DNA from: an uncultured Bacilli bacterium
Lineage (GTDB): Bacteria > Bacillota_I > Bacilli_A > RF39 > UBA660
Assembly (NCBI GenBank): GCA_947627435.1
Contig: CANQWB010000001.1
Coordinates: 7,952 to 71,951, forward strand
Direction of reading: 5' to 3'
Length of the DNA: 64,000 bases
This document shows, one piece after another, positions 9,833 to 19,321 of this stretch (position 1 is its first letter; each line of letters starts with the position of its first letter). The translations under genes and the position numbers were made by a program. Below the pieces are notes generated by a model. It was given only the letters and a program-made list of their open reading frames with translations, was not told the origin of the DNA and made no database searches.

Positions 9833-10337
9833 TTTTGTTTCTCTCCTTTACTTTTAAACTTAGAATTAAATTAACAATTTCATTAGACGTATTGATTTGA
9901 TATTTTGTATCTTCTATTGTATGTAGTAGTAATTCTTTTTCACTTTCTAATATGTTTTGCTTTTTTAAATTTTCTTCACACGACTTAACTAATTGTTCTG
10001 AATTAGTAATACTACCTAACACATTGATTTCAGCCTCATTTAATTCATCTAAATTCATTTTTTCATAGTAATCCTTAATAAATGGATTTAATGAACTAAC
10101 TTCCATACCCAAACCTATCATGTACATCATTTCATTATAATTTACGTTTATGTGTCTACTAATCTTTCTTAAAGTTTTAGGGTTAGGTATTTCTCTTTCT
10201 CCTGATTCAATTTTAGATAATTCAGCATTACTAATATTTGCAATTTTAGCAAGTTGTCTTTGAGAAAGTTTTGCTTTTTCTCGTGCTTCAGCGATTATCT
10301 CGCCAATCTTTTTTTCTTGCATTGTAATACACCTCAC
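9819..10337 (-). CDS. XRE/cI-like HTH repressor
   Basis: HTH_3 (LSQRQLAKIANISNAELSKIESGEREIPNPKTLRKISRHINV); divergent from sigma-A promoter TTGACA-17-TATATT at 10413-10441. Confidence 0.75.
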   Translation of the reverse strand: MRCITMQEKKIGEIIAEAREKAKLSQRQLAKIANISNAELSKIESGEREIPNPKTLRKISRHINVNYNEMMYMIGLGMEVSSLNPFIKDYYEKMNLDELNEAEINVLGSITNSEQLVKSCEENLKKQNILESEKELLLHTIEDTKYQINTSNEIVNLILSLKVKERNKNAKK

Positions 10338-10474
10338 ACATACATAATAGCATATATGTTACCTAAAATCAACAAAATACATAAAAATGTTTCAAAAAGT
10401 GTTGACAACTTCGTAATTATTATGTATATTGTATGTGTTACCGAAAATTAACATTGAAAGGAGGGATTAAATGA

Positions 10475-10735
10475 ATGAGGATTAAACACCTAGAAGTACC
10501 ACAAGAGATTTGGGAAGATAAAAGAATCCCAAAAGAAACGAAGTATATTTACTCTTATATCTATTCTAAAGGATTTGATAGAATTATCACAGACATAAAT
10601 ATAGGAGAGATACAACAAACCATTAAAATTAAAAATAAGGGTTTGAAAAGAAGTCTTGAAATATTAAAACAATTAAAGTATCTAAAATATTTTCAAGAAT
10701 ATGCAACAGGAATGTACACAATAACACTTAACTAA
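10475..10735 (+). CDS. HTH_36-like small DNA-binding protein
   Basis: Pattern KETKYIYSYIYSKGFDRIITDINIGEIQQTIKIKNKGLKRSLEILKQLKYL resembles the winged-helix HTH_36 fold of phage/plasmid replication organisers. Confidence 0.45.
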   Translation: MRIKHLEVPQEIWEDKRIPKETKYIYSYIYSKGFDRIITDINIGEIQQTIKIKNKGLKRSLEILKQLKYLKYFQEYATGMYTITLN

Positions 10736-11005
10736 AGTGCCGAAAAGCGTTAGTTATAAGAGGTACAGTAAGATGAAAGGCTTATGTTAGTACCTATTCT
10801 AGTAATAGAATGAATCTAGTTTGAAATAAGACATACTCAAAGAACTATTAAAATAAAAAGAAATGTATGTGTTATTTCAAATAATATAATCCGATGAAAC
10901 AGGATTTAAAATAAAGTTTCAGGGATAACTTTGCTTATTTTTAGTAGTTAGACTTGTAGATAATACAGGTTTTTTTGTTGTTTAAATCAAATAAAGGAAA
11001 GGAGA

Positions 11006-11257
11006 ATGTCTATGAGAGAATTAACAAGAGTTGATATTGTAAAAAACAGAGTTGATACGATCCCACAATACTATATTTTAGATTACTTAAAGAAAAACTT
11101 AAATATAGATGAATTTAAAATATATCTAGTTAATCGTAATAGTATCAAAGTTATTGATTCAACAGGAGATTATTTATATTTTAATTGTGATGACAATACA
11201 AAAGAAGTAACTTATCATGAAAAACCAAAAGAAAAAGAATATGAAATAGGATTATAA
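11006..11257 (+). CDS. hypothetical protein
   Basis: 83-aa ORF with RBS AAAGGAAAGGAG. Confidence 0.4.
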   Translation: MSMRELTRVDIVKNRVDTIPQYYILDYLKKNLNIDEFKIYLVNRNSIKVIDSTGDYLYFNCDDNTKEVTYHEKPKEKEYEIGL

Positions 11258-11261
11258 GACT

Positions 11262-11519
11262 ATGGGTTGCATTATACTAGATGATTCCATAGTTAAAAGT
11301 AATAAGATAAATTCCACAGAAAAACTTGTATATGGTGTTATTCTATCACTTGCGAATAATAAAGGTTATTGTTATGCAAGTAATGATTATATAAGTGATA
11401 AAGTAAACCTATCTAAAAGAACGATTACTAATTCTATCAGCGAACTAAAAAGAGCAAATTATATAAGAGTTGAATACGTAAACTTTGAAAGACACATCTA
11501 TCCCATACAAACCGAGTAG
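11262..11519 (+). CDS. HTH_36 domain protein
   Basis: STEKLVYGVILSLANNKGYCYASNDYISDKVNLSKRTITNSISELKRANYI matches the HTH_36 pattern. Confidence 0.55.
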   Translation: MGCIILDDSIVKSNKINSTEKLVYGVILSLANNKGYCYASNDYISDKVNLSKRTITNSISELKRANYIRVEYVNFERHIYPIQTE

Positions 11520-11690
11520 CAATATTCTTCTATACCCTATGGAAGAATACTGCTATACCCCATAGCAAAATACTTCTACCAAAGAATATAAGAATAATAA
11601 ATAAGTATAATAAATAAATATTTTAATTATATTTAAATTTATTTTAAGTAATTTAAATAACTAAAGAAATTAAATGAAAGGATTTGATAT

Positions 11691-12131
11691 ATGGATTATG
11701 AAAATGTAAATTATAATGAGGTTATCATATCAGGAATAATCAATGTTGTTACAGATACTAATGATAAGTATATTAAGTTTGGATTAACAACTAACAAATA
11801 TACTTTAAATGATGATAAAAAGGTTTATGTAAGTTTAAATATATCAAGAGAATTATATAACACTTATCAAGATTATTTTGTTAAAGGAAATAAAGTCTTT
11901 ATCAAAGGTTATCTAAATTCTTATGTTGATAAAACTAAACACATACAGAGTTTTATTACAACAACTGATATTTCAAATAACCCAAATGACATTAAAACAG
12001 GAAGAAAAGCACCACATATTAGGTATGATCCTGATGGTGTTATGGTATGGAATGGCAAACGTTGTGAGGCGATTCCACCAACTGAAAAAGAACTACAAGA
12101 AATGCAAGAATTATTAGGCGATTATAAATAG
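11691..12131 (+). CDS. single-stranded DNA-binding protein (divergent SSB, OB fold)
   Basis: NEVIISGIINVV.. and YVSLNISRELYNTYQDYFVKGNKVFIKGYLNSY parallel the SSB OB-fold core; acidic C-terminal tail region. Confidence 0.5.
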   Translation: MDYENVNYNEVIISGIINVVTDTNDKYIKFGLTTNKYTLNDDKKVYVSLNISRELYNTYQDYFVKGNKVFIKGYLNSYVDKTKHIQSFITTTDISNNPNDIKTGRKAPHIRYDPDGVMVWNGKRCEAIPPTEKELQEMQELLGDYK

Positions 12132-12204
12132 TATTGAACGGAGGAAATGAGATTATATATGAAAAAGAATTATTATTAAAACTAAAAAGAAAGGGGGAAG
12201 TTTA

Positions 12205-12357
12205 TTGAACGATACTAAAAAATTAACACAAATTGAAATTGAAAATATATTAGATGAAACAATTAACTTATCAATAATAAGTAAATTACTGAATTTAAAA
12301 CTTATTACAGAAAAACAATATTACGTACTGAAAGAAAAAATAAAGAATTTTTATTAA
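12205..12357 (+). CDS. small ORF (TTG start, 50 codons) with SHOCT-like C-terminus; possible recombination directionality factor
   Basis: RBS AAGGGGGAAG 7 nt upstream of TTG; C-terminal LITEKQYYVLKEKIKNF; directly upstream of recombinase. Confidence 0.25.
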   Translation: MNDTKKLTQIEIENILDETINLSIISKLLNLKLITEKQYYVLKEKIKNFY

Positions 12358-12413
12358 AAGGCTACAGGAATGTACAAAAATAAGATATAATAAATACAGA
12401 GGACATTTATTTA

Positions 12414-14171
12414 ATGTCTAACATTAAAAGAAAGAGAGGTAAAATGGCGATTGTTGAGGTTATTAAAAGTAATAATCTCATAACCGAAGAAATCAATACT
12501 GAAAATAAACTAAAGAAAGTATGTGCATATTGTAGAGTTTCAACAGATAGTGAGGAACAATTAACAAGTTATTCATCACAAATAAAACATTATTCAGCAC
12601 AGATAAAAGCGAATCCAAATTGGGAGTTTGTAGGAATATATGCTGATGAGGGTATAAGTGGAACACAAGTTAAAAAACGTACTGAATTTCAAAGAATGAT
12701 AAACGATGCTTTAAATGGTAAGATAGATATTATTATAGCAAAATCAATATCAAGATTTGCAAGAAATACTATTGATACCTTAAAGTATGTAAGAGATTTA
12801 AGAGAACGTAAAGTTGATGTGTATTTTGAAAAGGAAAATATTCACACATTAGAACTTGAAAGTGAAATGTTTTTAACACTCTTTAGTGCATTTGCTCAAG
12901 CTGAAAGTGAATCAACTTCTCAAAACGTTAAAATGGGAATAAAAGCAATGATGAAACGAGGAGAATTTGTTGGTAAAGCAGAATGCTATGGCTATAAATG
13001 GAATAAGGAAACGAAGACACTAGAAGTTTACGAAGAACAAGCAAGTGTTGTTAGAATGATATTTAATTGGTATGCTGATGGAGTTGGAACAAGAACGATT
13101 GCTAATAGACTTAATGAAAAAGGTTATAAAACTTATACAGGTAAAAATTTTACTCAACAAGGTGTAAGAGAAATGATTTCTAATGAAAAATATGTTGGAG
13201 ATTTATTGTGTCAAAAGTATTATACGATAAGTCCTCTAACACATAAGAAAACAAGAAATTATGGCGAACGTGAAAAATATTATGTCAAAGATCATCATAC
13301 ACCTATCATTACAAGAAAAGTTTGGGACAAAGTACAAGAAATACTAACAAAAAGAAGTAAGAAGATAATCCCTGATGGCAAAAGTCATGCAAGTAAATTC
13401 ACAAGTCAATATGCTTTTAGTTCTAAAATAGAATGTGGACTATGTGGAACAAATTATGCTCGTAGAGTTAGTGGCAAGTATAAAGATGGAAGTCAAAAAG
13501 TCTATTGGGCTTGTTATCATAAAGTAGTTAAGAAAAGTAATTGTGAACACTCTATAACCTTTAGAGAAGATTTTTTAAAAGATTTATTCATACAAATTTA
13601 TAATTCTATTGTGGAGAAAAAGCATAAGACAAAAGATAAGTTATTAAAGGCAATACGTGAAACTCTAGAAAGTGATGATAGCAAGACTAAAATTGATAAA
13701 CTTTATAAAGAACTAGAATCACAACAAAAAAGATTATCTAATTTAATTGATATGAAACTAGATGACTATGAGAATAAAAATGCTTATACTGAAAAGGAAA
13801 AAGAAATAAATGGTAAAATCAAAAGCCTAAATGATGAAATCTATCAATTAGAGTTAGAAAACAATAATAACAAAGAAATTTCTAAAAGACTAAAAGAGAT
13901 AGAAGAAGTTGTGTTTGAAAGTGAGAAATCTTTAAAAGAATTTGATGAGGCAACATTTGAAAATTTAGTTGAGAAAATCATAATAGGAGAAAAAGATGAG
14001 AATGGAAATGAGAATCCTAATGTGATTAGATTTATTTTAAAAATTGGTGGAGATTATAAAGCCATAATCTCCCCAAATAATAATAGTATTGATGATGTGT
14101 CATTTGAACAAGGAAACAGGTATCAATGCACCCGATATTTATTACTTAACTACATTAGCAGAATTATTTGA
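12414..14171 (+). CDS. large serine recombinase (resolvase/invertase N-terminal domain + recombinase domain + zinc ribbon + coiled coil)
   Basis: 585 aa; catalytic region YCRVSTDSEEQ...IIAKSISRFARN; Cys-rich CGLCGTNYARR...CYHK zinc ribbon; coiled-coil; reads across the right junction of the element. Confidence 0.9.
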   Translation: MSNIKRKRGKMAIVEVIKSNNLITEEINTENKLKKVCAYCRVSTDSEEQLTSYSSQIKHYSAQIKANPNWEFVGIYADEGISGTQVKKRTEFQRMINDALNGKIDIIIAKSISRFARNTIDTLKYVRDLRERKVDVYFEKENIHTLELESEMFLTLFSAFAQAESESTSQNVKMGIKAMMKRGEFVGKAECYGYKWNKETKTLEVYEEQASVVRMIFNWYADGVGTRTIANRLNEKGYKTYTGKNFTQQGVREMISNEKYVGDLLCQKYYTISPLTHKKTRNYGEREKYYVKDHHTPIITRKVWDKVQEILTKRSKKIIPDGKSHASKFTSQYAFSSKIECGLCGTNYARRVSGKYKDGSQKVYWACYHKVVKKSNCEHSITFREDFLKDLFIQIYNSIVEKKHKTKDKLLKAIRETLESDDSKTKIDKLYKELESQQKRLSNLIDMKLDDYENKNAYTEKEKEINGKIKSLNDEIYQLELENNNNKEISKRLKEIEEVVFESEKSLKEFDEATFENLVEKIIIGEKDENGNENPNVIRFILKIGGDYKAIISPNNNSIDDVSFEQGNRYQCTRYLLLNYISRII

Positions 14172-14961
14172 TGTAACCGTAAAAGAACTATTAAATGGTG
14201 AAAGAGATTTTAAGAAAAAAGAAATAGATAAAAACCATCATGCCAAAGTATTAGAAGTATCGCATGTATCAAAAAAGTTTGGTAATAGAATGGTACTACA
14301 AGATATTAATTTGGACATTTATGAGGGAGATATAGTTGGTTTAATTGGACCAAATGGTGCCGGAAAAACATCTTTGATTAAAACCATATTGAATTTATAT
14401 CATGCAGATATGGGTACCATTAAGATATGTGGTTATAACACCAAAAAGAATCTAGAAAAAGCATTATCAAATACAGGATGTATTATTGAAAATCCAGATT
14501 TATATGCCAATTTAAGTGCTAGAAAAAATATAGAGATTACTTCTTTAATCAATGGAATTCAAGATAAGGATTATATCAATCAAATGATTGTTTCTATGAA
14601 ATTAGATACGAGAATAGATGAAAAAGTAAAAACATATTCATTAGGAATGAAACAAAGACTTGGATTAGTAAATGCTTTGATTAAAAAACCCAAACTTTTA
14701 ATTTTAGATGAACCAACGAATGGGTTAGATCCAGTTGGAATCAAAGAACTAAGAAATTTATTAAAAGAAATTAGTAAAAAAGAACACATGAGTATTTTAA
14801 TCAGTAGTCATATTCTATCGGAAGTTGAAAACATATGTGATCAAATTGTAATTATAGATGAAGGAAAAATAATAAGTCAATTTGGCATTGAAGAAATTAA
14901 ATATAAAAATAGAAATTTGGAAGAAGAATTTTTCTTGAAAATGAATCAAAGGAATATTTAG
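14089..14961 (+). CDS. ABC transporter ATP-binding protein, 3-prime portion of the XRE::ABC fusion gene split by the element (authentic reading frame resumes at about 14122)
   Basis: Walker A GPNGAGKT, signature LSGGQ-like YSLGMKQRL, Walker B LLILDEP; N-terminal residues INAPDIYYLTTLAELFDVTVKELLNGE are the C-terminal half of an HTH_3 domain. Confidence 0.75.
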   Translation: MMMCHLNKETGINAPDIYYLTTLAELFDVTVKELLNGERDFKKKEIDKNHHAKVLEVSHVSKKFGNRMVLQDINLDIYEGDIVGLIGPNGAGKTSLIKTILNLYHADMGTIKICGYNTKKNLEKALSNTGCIIENPDLYANLSARKNIEITSLINGIQDKDYINQMIVSMKLDTRIDEKVKTYSLGMKQRLGLVNALIKKPKLLILDEPTNGLDPVGIKELRNLLKEISKKEHMSILISSHILSEVENICDQIVIIDEGKIISQFGIEEIKYKNRNLEEEFFLKMNQRNI

Positions 14962-14969
14962 GTGATAAT

Positions 14970-16511
14970 ATGAAAATTATAAAATTAGTCAAAAGTGAGT
15001 TTATCAAGAATTGTACAATAAAAAAATGGCTTATTATTGTATTTGTTTTGTTAATTTCATCAATATTTTTAACCGAATTCGTCGATTTATCGATGCAACC
15101 AAGCAATATACTTTCTATGTTACATTCAGAAAATGTTATCTATGAGGATAATTACAATAGTTTATCCAAAAAAGAAGAATTGACATTAAAAGAAAAATAT
15201 CAATTATATTATGCAAGCATTAGTTTAAAATTAAATCAATATTTTATTGATAAAAATATAAAGACAATAGATTGGAAATTTGAACTCGGTCAAAATTTAA
15301 AATATATATTAAAAAATAATTATATAATTGAGCTTTTACAAGAAAATCGAAACAATCCTACAATAGTAATGCTATGTGAAAATGAGTTATCTAATGGAGA
15401 ATTTGAATCAAATATGAATTATTATTGTAATAATTATTCACAAGAGGAATTAAATAATTTATTTGTTATGAATCAAAAAACGGTTGAGATATATAAAAAT
15501 TTATTAGCACGTGATCAATTTTATTTATATATAACATATTTATTTAATACAGGAAAAATAAATGAAGATAATAAACCTTTCGCAAAAGAAATAATAGAAC
15601 AAAAAGTACAGTCGGTAGAAGATTTCCGTGCTTTATACTATTTGCAAAGTGCGCAATTGCATTTTGAAGAATTTCCAATACAGTATTCTAAGTCATACTA
15701 CCGCTATATCAATATCTTCAATCAAAATGTTACTATGCAAAGAGCAATACTACTTTATAGCATCAAACACAATATCAAACATGATATGTTACATATATCA
15801 ACAGCAAACTCTATTTATGCTACAAATTATATTACAAGTAAAATGATTGTGAACAAAATATTTTATTTATCGATTGTTGTCTTGCTTATTGTAAGTATAT
15901 CTTGTAGTGGAATTGTAAGTAAAGAACATAATACAGGGACTATTAAAAATATTATTACGGCGCCTATTAAAAGATGGAAAGTACTATTATCTAAATTCAT
16001 TTATTTGATTTTATACACATATATTGTCTGGTTTATTGGACTCTTAATGCTTAGCATCTATGCAGGAATAAAATATGGATTTCAAGATTTATTTACACCA
16101 AAATTGATTTACTTTAATAATAAGGTAATAGAAGTCAATTATTATTTATATTTGCTAAAAGATTTATTTATCATTAATATTCCCATTTTAGCTTTTCTAT
16201 GCATTTTATTATTTCTTTCTACAATTACTTTAAATACAACGATTACAACTAGTATAACTACTGTACTAACTATTTTAGCCCCAATCACTTATTATTTATG
16301 TGAATACAATAAATTGTTTTCTATTTTTCTATATACACCATTACCATATTTCAATTGTGGGTTTATTTTAGAAAAAAGTAATGTATACATGGAAATACTA
16401 AAACAAACAACTATTTCACTCCATTTGGGAATTTTTATATCAATTGTAACATGTATTGTTTTATATGTCATCATAAACACTATTTATCAAAAACGTGATA
16501 TCAAAAGTTAA
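14970..16511 (+). CDS. ABC-2 type transporter permease with large N-terminal extracytoplasmic domain
   Basis: 513 aa; N-terminal TM, about 280-aa soluble region, then about 5 TM helices; downstream of the ABC ATPase. Confidence 0.55.
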   Translation: MKIIKLVKSEFIKNCTIKKWLIIVFVLLISSIFLTEFVDLSMQPSNILSMLHSENVIYEDNYNSLSKKEELTLKEKYQLYYASISLKLNQYFIDKNIKTIDWKFELGQNLKYILKNNYIIELLQENRNNPTIVMLCENELSNGEFESNMNYYCNNYSQEELNNLFVMNQKTVEIYKNLLARDQFYLYITYLFNTGKINEDNKPFAKEIIEQKVQSVEDFRALYYLQSAQLHFEEFPIQYSKSYYRYINIFNQNVTMQRAILLYSIKHNIKHDMLHISTANSIYATNYITSKMIVNKIFYLSIVVLLIVSISCSGIVSKEHNTGTIKNIITAPIKRWKVLLSKFIYLILYTYIVWFIGLLMLSIYAGIKYGFQDLFTPKLIYFNNKVIEVNYYLYLLKDLFIINIPILAFLCILLFLSTITLNTTITTSITTVLTILAPITYYLCEYNKLFSIFLYTPLPYFNCGFILEKSNVYMEILKQTTISLHLGIFISIVTCIVLYVIINTIYQKRDIKS

Positions 16512-16573
16512 CAAAAAAATTCTAGTAATTTGATGTGAATTTTGAATAGGTGACATCAATTTACTAGGATTTT

Positions 16574-17572
16574 TTATGTAGCATTTTCGAGTAAAATTGT
16601 AATTAAATCTTTATAACAAATCTGTTTTTGTTCTATGAGCTTAGGGTACATACTGATTGTTGTAAAACCAGGTAATGTATTGATTTCATTGATATAGATA
16701 TTTTTTGTATTTTCTTCGTAGAAAAAATCAATTCTAGATAACCCATTACATCCTAAATTGATGAATATTTTTTTCGCATATTCTTGAATTATTGAAATGG
16801 TCGTTTTTTCTAAATCGTCAGGGATAACTGTATAGGAATTTTGGTTAATATATTTTGCTTCATAATCATAAAATTCATTTGCGGATTTAATTTCACCAGG
16901 ATTGGAGCATATTAAATTACCATCTTTTTCTAAAACAGCGCACTCTAATTCACGACATACAATAAATTGTTCTATAATAATTTTAGAATCATATTTTTTA
17001 GCTTCATTGATAGCTTTAATAAGTTCTTTTTTATTTTCTGCTTTTGTAATTCCAATGGAGGATCCACCATTAGAAGGTTTTACTATAACAGGAAATTTCA
17101 TTTTTTCTAAAATCTCATTTATTTTATATTTTGAGTCAATAACCAAATAAGGAACTTGTGGAATTTGTAAGGAATCAAAGAAACGTTTTGACATAGCTTT
17201 ATCCATTCCAATTGCGCTTGCTAAAGTTTTACATCCAACAAAAGGTATGTGGAAATATTCTAGCATTCCTTGTAGTGTGCCATCTTCTCCATATACACCA
17301 TGCATCATAGGAAATACAACATCAAACGCTTTTAAGTAATTTACAATGTTATCAATTTTTAAAATGTTTGCATCTTTCCAATTGCCATTTTCTAAATAGG
17401 AAAGATCCCCGCTAAATTGATACCAAGTATGATCAAAATCAATTCCGACCATTTTATAGTGGAATTTCGTTGTATCTATATTTTCAATGACACTTTTGGC
17501 AGATTTACATGAAACGTAATGTTCACTCGAACTCCCACCAAATAAAACTAATACTTTTTTCAAAACATACAC
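16574..17572 (-). CDS. ddl: D-alanine--D-alanine ligase
   Basis: 332 aa; N-terminal VLFGGSSSEHYVS, ATP-grasp central domain, C-terminal TLPGFT and ENAT-like motifs. Confidence 0.85.
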   Translation of the reverse strand: MYVLKKVLVLFGGSSSEHYVSCKSAKSVIENIDTTKFHYKMVGIDFDHTWYQFSGDLSYLENGNWKDANILKIDNIVNYLKAFDVVFPMMHGVYGEDGTLQGMLEYFHIPFVGCKTLASAIGMDKAMSKRFFDSLQIPQVPYLVIDSKYKINEILEKMKFPVIVKPSNGGSSIGITKAENKKELIKAINEAKKYDSKIIIEQFIVCRELECAVLEKDGNLICSNPGEIKSANEFYDYEAKYINQNSYTVIPDDLEKTTISIIQEYAKKIFINLGCNGLSRIDFFYEENTKNIYINEINTLPGFTTISMYPKLIEQKQICYKDLITILLENAT

Positions 17573-17691
17573 CTCACTAAAGTATATGATATATATACGT
17601 TGGTGGTGTTTGGTTTGTTGTATAATTTGGGAAAAAATGATATACTTAATAAAATAGGATGGGTAAAATATGAATATAAATTTAGAACGAT

Positions 17692-18627
17692 TTGAGAAAT
17701 TTTTTAAAACGGGATTTATTGATTAAGAAAAAAATCATGGTTGAATTTTTACCAACAACTGCAGTTACTTATAATGAAGATGCGATGGTCGAATATAAAG
17801 ATGCATTATGGAAATGGGTAAGAGAATTAAAAGATATATTGGTGCAAATTGCTGATTCATTTAATTTTGGTGATGGTGTTGACAATGTCATAATAGAAAA
17901 AATGGATTATATTCAAGATAAGATTTTAAATACAAGAAATGATTATAGCAGTTTTCAAAAATTGTATGAAGATTGCTTTACAAATATGAGCAATTATATT
18001 ATTGATGAAACCAAAGCAGAATTTACTGGTTATTCTTTATTTTATGGAAGTGCTTATAATATCTTAAGAGAGTGTAAGACAGTAAATGAGATGTTACATG
18101 TTTTACACTGTGCGATTGTAAATAACGAAAATTATTATAAAATAATGCCTATTCGTTCAAAAAAGGAAAACTTGAGTCAAGAATCAATTATACTATATGG
18201 TAATGAAAATCCACTAGCAGAGCAAGTTTTTCAAACATGGCCATTTGATTTAGATTGTGGTGTTACAGATATTGTTGGCTTAGAAAATCAGGTATTGATT
18301 ATGGTACGTGATAGAGGGCACGCATTATCAATTGAAATTACGAAAGATGAGAAAAATGATATTTGGATTCACTATTTTATTCCTAAAATTTGTAATATTG
18401 ATATGGTAAATCGATTGAATGGAATTAGAGCAGTTAAGCCAAATGAAAAGGGTGCGATTGGGCTAATTAGAACAACGCAGGAAAAGTTATCTTATGATTT
18501 ATTTCATTTTATAGCATCAGTACCTACTGATAATGATATGATATTGAGTAATTCAAATCCATATTTTTCAGATACTATAGATGGTAGTAATGAAATGGAA
18601 GAACAACATGAAAGAAAAATAGTATAG
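17692..18627 (+). CDS. hypothetical protein (likely start at internal Met about 17737)
   Basis: 311-aa ORF, no recognised motif. Confidence 0.45.
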   Translation: MRNFLKRDLLIKKKIMVEFLPTTAVTYNEDAMVEYKDALWKWVRELKDILVQIADSFNFGDGVDNVIIEKMDYIQDKILNTRNDYSSFQKLYEDCFTNMSNYIIDETKAEFTGYSLFYGSAYNILRECKTVNEMLHVLHCAIVNNENYYKIMPIRSKKENLSQESIILYGNENPLAEQVFQTWPFDLDCGVTDIVGLENQVLIMVRDRGHALSIEITKDEKNDIWIHYFIPKICNIDMVNRLNGIRAVKPNEKGAIGLIRTTQEKLSYDLFHFIASVPTDNDMILSNSNPYFSDTIDGSNEMEEQHERKIV

Positions 18628-18675
18628 TATTATATCAATTATTTTGATATAATCAACTTAGAAAAGAGGATAAAT

Positions 18676-19230
18676 ATGCGAAAAACGATTAATCAAACAT
18701 TATGGATTTCTCTAATTTCATCTGCACTATTTTGTGTGTTTGGAATTATTTTAATCACTAACCCTGAGAAATCACTTACAATCATGGCTTATGGCATTTC
18801 TATACTATTGATTGCGAATGGAGTATATCAATTGATAATGGGATATCATGATATATCATTTTCATTATTGGATGGATTTAGTGGCGGATTACTTTCCATC
18901 ATATTAGGAATTTTAATCCTTGTAAGACCAAATGCACTAACCATTATGATTCCAATTGCAATCGGTTTATGGTTTATTGTGAGTAGTGCTTATAAATTAA
19001 GAATAGCAATTGCCTTGCGTTCATTCAACCAACCCATATGGATTACTATTTTTGTAATGGCAGTGTTAATGATGATATGTGGTATTATATTATTATTCAA
19101 TCCAATGTCAGGAGTGGTTGCAATTACTCGTTTTATCGGAATACTTGCAGTCATTTATTCTTTAATTGATATTGTGGATGCTATTCTGATTAAGAAAAAT
19201 TTAAAATTATTCGATAATATGTTTCATTAA
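18676..19230 (+). CDS. DUF308/HdeD-family membrane protein
   Basis: 184 aa with paired repeat helices, typical of DUF308. Confidence 0.55.
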   Translation: MRKTINQTLWISLISSALFCVFGIILITNPEKSLTIMAYGISILLIANGVYQLIMGYHDISFSLLDGFSGGLLSIILGILILVRPNALTIMIPIAIGLWFIVSSAYKLRIAIALRSFNQPIWITIFVMAVLMMICGIILLFNPMSGVVAITRFIGILAVIYSLIDIVDAILIKKNLKLFDNMFH

Positions 19231-19321
19231 ATTAATGATTAAAAGATAAAAATCGTGGTGTAAAGGGACAACATAATCTTGCATTTAAAATAAAATTATG
19301 ATAATCTAAATGTAGAAATAA

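Larger units (their letters stand above)
4044..14120. mobile_element. integrative mobilizable element (about 10.1 kb) with large serine recombinase, MobV relaxase, SSB, HTH_36 proteins; inserted within the XRE::ABC gene (boundaries +/- about 5 bp)
   Basis: Target gene split into 3922-4047 and 14122-14961; GG dinucleotide present at both junctions (4042-4043, 14119-14120); recombinase gene reads across right junction; cargo gene content. Confidence 0.7.
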
